Source of the DNA: Candidatus Heimdallarchaeota archaeon
GTDB lineage: Archaea; Asgardarchaeota; Heimdallarchaeia; Hodarchaeales; Hodarchaeaceae
NCBI GenBank assembly: GCA_019057635.1
Contig: DXJL01000140.1
Location: forward strand, 1-14,073
Reading direction: 5' to 3'
Length of the DNA: 14,073 bases
Part shown: positions 8,425-14,073 of the stretch, in pieces
Numbering within the stretch: the stretch's first letter is position 1
How the letters are laid out: each line of letters begins with the position of its first letter
The notes under the pieces: model-generated
Seen by the model: only the letters and a program-made list of their open reading frames with translations
What the model was told of the DNA's origin: nothing
The model's database searches: none
Translations under genes and position numbers: made by a program

Positions 8425-8850
8425 ATGGCAGATATTAAATTTCATACGAAGTACATTGCTGTGCAGACAAAACGAGCAGGTGAATACTATGATATCACTG
8501 ATGACATAATAGAATTTGTTAAAACTAGTGAGGTCGAGAAAGGGCTCTTGATGGCTTATAGTCTGCATACCACAACTGGCCTAGTAGTGAATGAAGGATC
8601 TGATCCCGGAGTAGGTAAGGATGTTTCTGAAGTACTCTGGGAATTAATACCTGAATCAAGAAACTGGAATCATAAAGAGGAAAGTCCTTTAGACTCCGCA
8701 GCACATGTAAAAGCACAATTAATGGGTAACTCAATCTTTTTGGGGATAGATGGACATTTTTTAGTACTTGGTACTTGGCAACGAGTTTATTTCGTTGAAT
8801 ATATCGAAGCGAGGGACAGAAAAGTATTTTTGATCTTGTTTGGGGAATAA
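8425..8850 (+). CDS. yjbQ: YjbQ/UPF0047 family protein (secondary thiamine-phosphate synthase activity described for the family)
   Basis: Motifs DIT, HTTTGLVVNE, AAHVKA and LGTWQRVYFVE; 141 aa. Confidence 0.92.
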   Translation: MADIKFHTKYIAVQTKRAGEYYDITDDIIEFVKTSEVEKGLLMAYSLHTTTGLVVNEGSDPGVGKDVSEVLWELIPESRNWNHKEESPLDSAAHVKAQLMGNSIFLGIDGHFLVLGTWQRVYFVEYIEARDRKVFLILFGE

Positions 8851-8994
8851 TTCAAGATAAAGTAAGTTCTAGGTTGAGTCTGGTGGTAAAAATTGTTCAG
8901 ATACCTCCAACATATTATTCTAATAATCAATTACTGAATTTTAATAAGAATCCCTTCGATTAAGTAGGATTAAGTCAAATTTACACAGATTGAA

Positions 8995-9299
8995 TTAAAT
9001 AGCAAGTTGTCCAAATTGATTAGCCCATATTCCGTGTGTTTGCACCAAATCACGTGATTTTAAGACCGCAAGAACATTTTTGGCTTCTTCATCACCGATA
9101 TCCACGTCAGAAAGTGGTAAAACAGTCTCTCTAGTCCGTTTTCCCCCAATTATAGCTGGTTTTTCCAAATAAATCCTTACCCAATTGTCAAAGAATTATC
9201 TTTCAAACCACATAGAAAAGGTTTAGTAATTATGGTAACACAAAAACTGTTTTCTTTGTTCACCCTCTGAAAGTCCAATCTGGAGAATATTTTGTCCAT
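8995..9299 (-). pseudogene. Frameshifted small gene with an OB-fold-like C-terminus
   Basis: The frame from ATG 9299 (MDKIFS...SLTIG*) stops at 9177. An overlapping -1 frame is open from 9195 to 8995 and reads FFDNWVRIYLEKPAIIGGKRTRETVLPLSDVDIGDEEAKNVLAVLKSRDLVQTHGIWANQFGQLAI*. Confidence 0.45.
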
Positions 9300-9358
9300 C
9301 CCTACAGGAAAGAATTTTATCTCAATATTTCTTTTGTGTGCATCGAAAAATAGCGAAA

Positions 9359-10396
9359 TCAAGTGAGTTCTGATTCCAAATATTGTTTTGCATCATATTC
9401 ATGTAAAGCATTGAATCCTCGTGTTACGATATCTGTGAGATAGCAAACTTGATCTGCTTGTTCAAGTAAACTCGATAATAATCGCGCAAGGAACCAAGTG
9501 GACTCATCTGCAGCTTCTTCAGAAATAATTACTAACAATGGTTGTACCTGGTACTTTTTCTTTTTTACTTCTTTGACTGTGATAGCAGCTTTTTCTGTGT
9601 CTTTATTCAAGAAAGCCTCAATTGCAGTATCAAGTAATTCAATGTGTTTTTCAGCAATTTCCTTTACCATAGATTCAGTTTCTGTAGTTAAAAATGATTT
9701 TTGAAATTTTCCAATCCGTTCCGCTAGCTCTTTGCAGGAACGTCCTAGTACTTCTCCTTGATAAGCGACTATCTGGTAGTTTAAACCCTCAAACGGATAT
9801 AAACTTTCATTAATTTCTTCTAGTGGATCCTCAAACGATTTTTGTAGCAATCGAACAATGAAATAATAAACTCGGTCTATTTCAGAATATCTTTTAATGA
9901 TTTTTTCCCGTTTCTCACCATCTCCAGAAAAAATTGCGCTAATCGCATCATCTAACATACTGAAAGATAAAGCGTAGATTTTTCTTACCAAAGTTTGCAA
10001 ATCTAGTACTGAAGTAGCAATAAATTGAATTTCTAATTGATTTGGGGATTCACGAATTATTTCCAAACCAATCTGATGTCTTATTTCCTCTCGTATTTTA
10101 TCCGGATCCTTAATTTTTTTTCCTTCGCTGGGATATATTACCATTGTATCAAAGCCTGTGATATATCGCGAAAGAAGTTCCAACTCAATGCTTTCGGATT
10201 CTGGAATTGTTGTGGTCTTTCTAGGAGTCAAGCGGGGATTTCGGGGATATAGAAGTAAGTACGTTTCATTTTCGATACGGATACCTATTTCATCCTTTGC
10301 TTCCAGTCCATTTCGCTCAATCCACTCTCTTGGGAGACTAACTAGATAAGTTCTAGCTCCTGTCAGTTGTAAACTACGTGTAATATCTTTTGGCAT
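9359..10396 (-). CDS. Archaeal phosphate-uptake regulator-like protein (N-terminal AbrB/SpoVT domain plus PhoU-like helical repeats)
   Basis: N-terminal RSLQLTGARTYLVSLPREWIERNGLEAKDEI, then LLSRYITGFD, IGLEII and EIDRVYYFIVRLL. ATG 10396 is preferred over 10450 and 10408 because the family motif begins right after it. Confidence 0.88.
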   Translation of the reverse strand: MPKDITRSLQLTGARTYLVSLPREWIERNGLEAKDEIGIRIENETYLLLYPRNPRLTPRKTTTIPESESIELELLSRYITGFDTMVIYPSEGKKIKDPDKIREEIRHQIGLEIIRESPNQLEIQFIATSVLDLQTLVRKIYALSFSMLDDAISAIFSGDGEKREKIIKRYSEIDRVYYFIVRLLQKSFEDPLEEINESLYPFEGLNYQIVAYQGEVLGRSCKELAERIGKFQKSFLTTETESMVKEIAEKHIELLDTAIEAFLNKDTEKAAITVKEVKKKKYQVQPLLVIISEEAADESTWFLARLLSSLLEQADQVCYLTDIVTRGFNALHEYDAKQYLESELT

Positions 10397-10511
10397 TAAA
10401 TAAGTCATCTCATATTCAATGAATGCTGGGAATCCTATTAAAGGAAACATTTAGCGGCAATTTTTGAGTAGCAAATGCAATTTACTCGTAATCCCGAAAA
10501 GGGTCTATATA

Positions 10512-11252
10512 CTAATTTAGTATTTCTCCCAAAGTAATCAACATTTCTCTAAAAATTATTAGAGCAAATACAAGTAAAATAAGTGCTGTCCCCCTAGTAA
10601 TGATAGAAAAGAATTGTGGATGCGGAAATTTACCAATCATAGTCAACGTGGTACTAAAAGCAATCACCCAGAAAAATACTCCCGATATGAACATTATCAC
10701 AACGACAAGCCTTGAAAATAAGTCTGGTAAACTAAAATCGCTAAATAGAATTATAGTTCCAGCTGAGGTCCACCATAGATATGACCAAGGCGAGGTTACA
10801 ACGATTGAAAGTCCAGTGAAATACTTCTTAAGTAATAGAGTCGATTTGACTTGTTTCAAAGTCTCCCCAGATTGTAAGTTTGAACTAAAAGAATTAGGAT
10901 AATCTATTGGTGCTTTAAGCAGAGTAATAAGCCCCAAATAGCTTAAAATTATCAAATTTATTGCAAATAATAAAAACTTAATCCAATGATTACTAAAAAA
11001 CGTTTCTAGCACTTCTCCACCGATAGATAAAGCTGAAAGTGCGATAATAAAATCTCCAGTCATCGCACCGACCCCTAGAAAGAATGCTGAAAACCATGCA
11101 GCTTTACGCGTTAACGAAGTGTTAAGACCATTTTTTATCAGTTCTAAATTAATCGGGCCTAACGGAGCAGCTAAAGTTACCCCTAAAAACGCAATAATTA
11201 TCCAAATACCAAGGATTTCACTAATATTCACTTCTTTCGGTTCCTTTCTCAT
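10512..11252 (-). CDS. LysE/RhtB family translocator
   Basis: Motifs AAPLGPINLELIKNGL, GVGAMTGD, YLG and GLSIVVTSPWSYLWW; about 6 TM helices. Confidence 0.88.
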   Translation of the reverse strand: MRKEPKEVNISEILGIWIIIAFLGVTLAAPLGPINLELIKNGLNTSLTRKAAWFSAFFLGVGAMTGDFIIALSALSIGGEVLETFFSNHWIKFLLFAINLIILSYLGLITLLKAPIDYPNSFSSNLQSGETLKQVKSTLLLKKYFTGLSIVVTSPWSYLWWTSAGTIILFSDFSLPDLFSRLVVVIMFISGVFFWVIAFSTTLTMIGKFPHPQFFSIITRGTALILLVFALIIFREMLITLGEILN

Positions 11253-11376
11253 TCTATTTTTGTTTCTGAAACCTTCACCTAATCAAAGGAGAGAATGATA
11301 TAAAAATGGGTAATTTACGAAAATTAATATATTCTTCTCATCAGTCAAATAATGTTGAGAAATTCATTCTACGAGG

Positions 11377-12057
11377 ATGCTCCTGATGGATTTGACTTAT
11401 GATATTATTGCATTAGGTATTTTTGTCATATGCATACTTATTTATAGTATTATGATCATCTATGGACTTCGACACCCTACTACTTCAAGAAAAGGGTCAT
11501 TAAATCTTATTTATGAGTACTACGTGGATGAAAGAGTAAAAGAATCTCCTTTAATAGCTGTACAAGCAATACGAAATATAATCATGGCAAATACAGCTTT
11601 TATTTCTTCATTATTAGTTCTACTTGGATTGTTGCTCGCTTTCTACCAACTAATTTTCTCTGGTGAAATGATCCCAGGCAGTAATATTTCACTTGGATTT
11701 ATTCAGATGGTTGTAATGGTGATAATAATCGTCTTTTGCCTTTTTAATTTTGTTTTAGCCATCCGAATGCTAGTCCGATTTACTCTTTTAATTTCGGCCA
11801 ATCCAGAAAAAATTGAATTTTGTGGAATGACTGGTCTTCAGTTCACAAAAGACACAATGATAAGTGCCCAGAATCATTGGTCCTTTGGCCTTCGTGGACT
11901 ATTTTACTTGCTAACAGTTTTAGCTTGGCTAGCTCATCCGATTCTATTCCTTATCGGAGCTATTGGTGTCACAATATACTTGATTTTCTTTGAGGATATT
12001 TATGATTCCCATCTCACAGAAAAAACATGTGAAGATGAGAATTTACAGGCTGAATAA
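11377..12057 (+). CDS. DUF599 family membrane protein
   Basis: Motifs AVQAIRNIIMANTAFISS, FNFVLAIR and WSFGLRGLFY...WL..P. The start may instead be ATG 11386, which gives better GAGG spacing. Confidence 0.85.
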   Translation: MLLMDLTYDIIALGIFVICILIYSIMIIYGLRHPTTSRKGSLNLIYEYYVDERVKESPLIAVQAIRNIIMANTAFISSLLVLLGLLLAFYQLIFSGEMIPGSNISLGFIQMVVMVIIIVFCLFNFVLAIRMLVRFTLLISANPEKIEFCGMTGLQFTKDTMISAQNHWSFGLRGLFYLLTVLAWLAHPILFLIGAIGVTIYLIFFEDIYDSHLTEKTCEDENLQAE

Positions 12058-12092
12058 GTAAATTACGTTGTTTAGAAGAAAAATTATTCCTT

Positions 12093-13049
12093 TTAGGAAG
12101 AAGAGTCAGGTTGTGGCGGGAGAATTGGCTTTCTTCTTCTATTCGTAATTGGTTGAATAATACGACCAATGAAATCTAATCCTCCGAGATAAATCATAGA
12201 TGGGTTCTCGATTAAACGTCTTCTTAAGTACGCAACTGCACATTTCCATTCGATTGTAAATGGAACATATAAGCGAACAGTATACCCTCTTCGTATCAAT
12301 TCATTTTGAATACGCTGCCTGGGGACACCAAGGAGAAATTGGAATTCGGCAACATCTTTCCCTTGTCTTCGCTCTTCTATTTGCTTAAGAGCTGCAACAA
12401 TGCACTTATGGTCATGAGTAGCCACATCAACTTTATGCTGGTTATCTAACAATAACCCTGTATATTCTACTAATTTTTTCTTCATTTCATGCTTTTTGGT
12501 GTATGCAATACTTTTATCCTCATTATAAACACCAATACACATACGTACTCGTGCATTCAAGCCTGTTAAATTTAGTATATCATCTTTAGTCCTGTGCAGT
12601 CGACTTTGTAACACGGTTCCAAACTCATATTTAGGTTTCAAAGTCTTATATAACTCGAGTGTTATATCAGTATAAGTAGAATCTTCCATATCTAAGGTAA
12701 TAATGACTTTTTCTTCTTCTGCACGTTTTAGAATATTCTCCAGATTTTCAAGACATAGGCTCTTATCAATATCTATTCCAAGACTGGTAGGTTTTACAGA
12801 GACATGCTTTGGAAAGGATTCTCCATGTAATTTTTCAATGAGTGATAGGTATATTTGAACAATTTTGTCCACATCCTCCCGATTCGTAACCTCCTCACCA
12901 AGCATGTCAATAGTTGAGGCGATTTTTTGTTCTTCCCAAAGCTCTCGAGCTTTTTTAATTCCACAATCAATGCCTACTCCAGTGACATATGCTCGAGCAA
13001 AGAATTTAACCATAAATGAAGGAAAGAGATTGACTAAGAAGGATTTCAT
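12093..13049 (-). CDS. Monofunctional FAD-dependent proline dehydrogenase (PutB/FadM-type)
   Basis: Motifs DMLGE, SVKPTSLG, LDMEDS, GTVLQS, VATHD, EFQFLLG, RLYVPF and YLRRRLIENP. Confidence 0.92.
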   Translation of the reverse strand: MKSFLVNLFPSFMVKFFARAYVTGVGIDCGIKKARELWEEQKIASTIDMLGEEVTNREDVDKIVQIYLSLIEKLHGESFPKHVSVKPTSLGIDIDKSLCLENLENILKRAEEEKVIITLDMEDSTYTDITLELYKTLKPKYEFGTVLQSRLHRTKDDILNLTGLNARVRMCIGVYNEDKSIAYTKKHEMKKKLVEYTGLLLDNQHKVDVATHDHKCIVAALKQIEERRQGKDVAEFQFLLGVPRQRIQNELIRRGYTVRLYVPFTIEWKCAVAYLRRRLIENPSMIYLGGLDFIGRIIQPITNRRRKPILPPQPDSSS

Positions 13050-13099
13050 AGTGAGTTCATTCCAATTTCTTTTGATTTGGCGTTTAATACATAATCAAT

Positions 13100-13112
13100 A
13101 TTGTCGGACAAT
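13100..13112. promoter_or_regulatory. Palindromic candidate operator upstream of proline dehydrogenase
   Basis: ATTGTC-G-GACAAT is a perfect 6-bp inverted repeat 51-63 nt upstream of the ATG at 13049, next to an AT-rich TATA-like tract. Confidence 0.35.
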
Positions 13113-13243
13113 TATTCAGACTCATTCTCGCTTATCTCTCGCTCTCTCTGAAACCCTTTAAAGAGTTTACCCCATTCAAATCCTAAAGAATGAGGTGATG
13201 AACTAGGTAGAACCAAGTAGCTAGCTCTCATCTCGGAATTCTT

Positions 13244-13936
13244 CTATTTGAGAATTTTATTTCTCCGTATTACTACAATAAGGGTACTAGTTAGGATGAG
13301 CATAAGAATTGAAACACTAAAAGAAGCATTTGAAGTAGTTGAATCAGGAATGCTATTGCTTGTTAGAGTTATGGTTTCTCCTGTATTTAAAGAAACACGG
13401 AGAATATCAACCTGTCTTACCCAGTATTTGCTAATTGTAAGAATACTTTGATTGTTCTCACCAATAAATACTATTCTGAGAGGACCATCGTCATCTGATA
13501 ATGCAGTATCGTTTTCCTCGTATGCTAGTACTGGAATGACTTTTATTGAGAGAGTATTGTTATCTTTATCAAACCCTCTTAGTCCTCCTTCTACTTCATC
13601 ACGAGTGAAGTTTCTACTGTACAAATCAGCAGCTATAACGCTGAGATTATAGTCTAAATCACCTAAAATTGATGATAGAAACAGTGGAATATGAATTCCC
13701 TTCCATATAGATCCAGTAATAATAGTACCAGTTGATTTTTCGTAGCCTCCGTATCCAGTTACCGTTGGTAAAACTTGTTTTATTTCAGCCTCGGTAAGTA
13801 CACCAGTTACATTACCCGTTAAAGTGAGTTGCATGGTTGTAAGTGAAGCTGGAATTATTGATAGATTGCTACTAAATAAAACTAAACCTGTTAGTACAAT
13901 AATAGTCATTGATTTTGATGCTTTGTTGAATTTCAT
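13244..13936 (-). CDS. Secreted, C-terminally membrane-anchored protein with a molybdopterin-oxidoreductase (sulfite oxidase-like) domain
   Basis: N-terminal signal peptide; motifs WKGI, AADLYSRNF, VLAYEEN, GPLRIV and WVRQV; then a Thr/Ser linker, a TM helix and a basic tail (RRNKILK). Confidence 0.75.
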   Translation of the reverse strand: MKFNKASKSMTIIVLTGLVLFSSNLSIIPASLTTMQLTLTGNVTGVLTEAEIKQVLPTVTGYGGYEKSTGTIITGSIWKGIHIPLFLSSILGDLDYNLSVIAADLYSRNFTRDEVEGGLRGFDKDNNTLSIKVIPVLAYEENDTALSDDDGPLRIVFIGENNQSILTISKYWVRQVDILRVSLNTGETITLTSNSIPDSTTSNASFSVSILMLILTSTLIVVIRRNKILK

Positions 13937-13960
13937 GTTTAACTAATACAAATACTGCGT

Positions 13961-13968
13961 TTTATAAA
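13961..13968 (-). promoter_or_regulatory. Putative TATA box of a leaderless or short-leader transcript
   Basis: TTTATAAA lies 25-32 nt upstream of the ATG at 13936. Confidence 0.5.
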
Positions 13969-14073
13969 TTATAATGTATGAATGAATCGTAAGTCCAATT
14001 TTTACGGGTTTTATTCGTATTGTAAAATATGGGATTTATAGAATTCAGCTAAATAGGTTGGAATTTCCTTCTC

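Noticed and set aside
10397-10450. Extended N-terminus (MFPLIGFPAF...) of the PhoU-like ORF
   Set aside because: The family motif starts just after Met at 10396, so the upstream segment is more likely promoter or UTR.
13193-13227. Similarity to 3561-3611 (AGGTGATG..AACTA ... AGCTAGCTC) and a box C-like GTGATGA
   Set aside because: The matches are short with different spacing, and there is no properly placed CTGA box D. This is compatible with chance.
5303-13652. Antisense ORFs 5303..5500, 7442..7747, 7744..7977, 8525..8734, 9498..9704, 10037..10252, 10158..10349, 10600..10902, 12865..13161, 13248..13451 and 13452..13652
   Set aside because: They lie opposite well-supported genes, have shadow-frame composition and show no recognisable motifs.
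1-14073. Genome-wide TGA reassignment (genetic code 4 or 25)
   Set aside because: TGA ends the BtpA/SgcQ gene at the family's expected C-terminus and also ends the PhoU-like gene. Trp is encoded by TGG, and only one clear internal TGA was found.
1-14073. CRISPR array, tRNA/rRNA, IS element or prophage
   Set aside because: I saw no regularly spaced repeats, cloverleaf or rRNA-like GC-rich tracts, transposase or integrase motifs, or terminal inverted repeats.

Overview
AT-rich, densely coding prokaryotic window, most likely archaeal. An Asgard/Heimdallarchaeia-like host is inferred from an archaeal AbrB-PhoU regulator, a RING-type zinc-finger protein, TATA-like promoters and a C-terminally anchored surface protein. 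In order it holds: a truncated membrane CDS, a conserved membrane protein, a candidate OB-fold + RING-finger protein, a DUF1624/DUF418-like membrane protein, two small orphan ORFs, a large GH13 alpha-amylase-family gene, BtpA/SgcQ, YjbQ, a frameshifted OB-fold-like remnant, AbrB-PhoU, LysE, DUF599, proline dehydrogenase and a Moco-domain-like surface protein. Two observations stand out. First, the two amylase-region ORFs are one 1139-codon frame (3853..7272, minus strand) interrupted by a single in-frame TGA. Second, the OB-fold/RING fusion could be a nucleic-acid-targeted ubiquitin-ligase-like protein. I saw no rRNA, tRNA, CRISPR array or transposase. All family calls are from motif recognition by eye; no searches were run.
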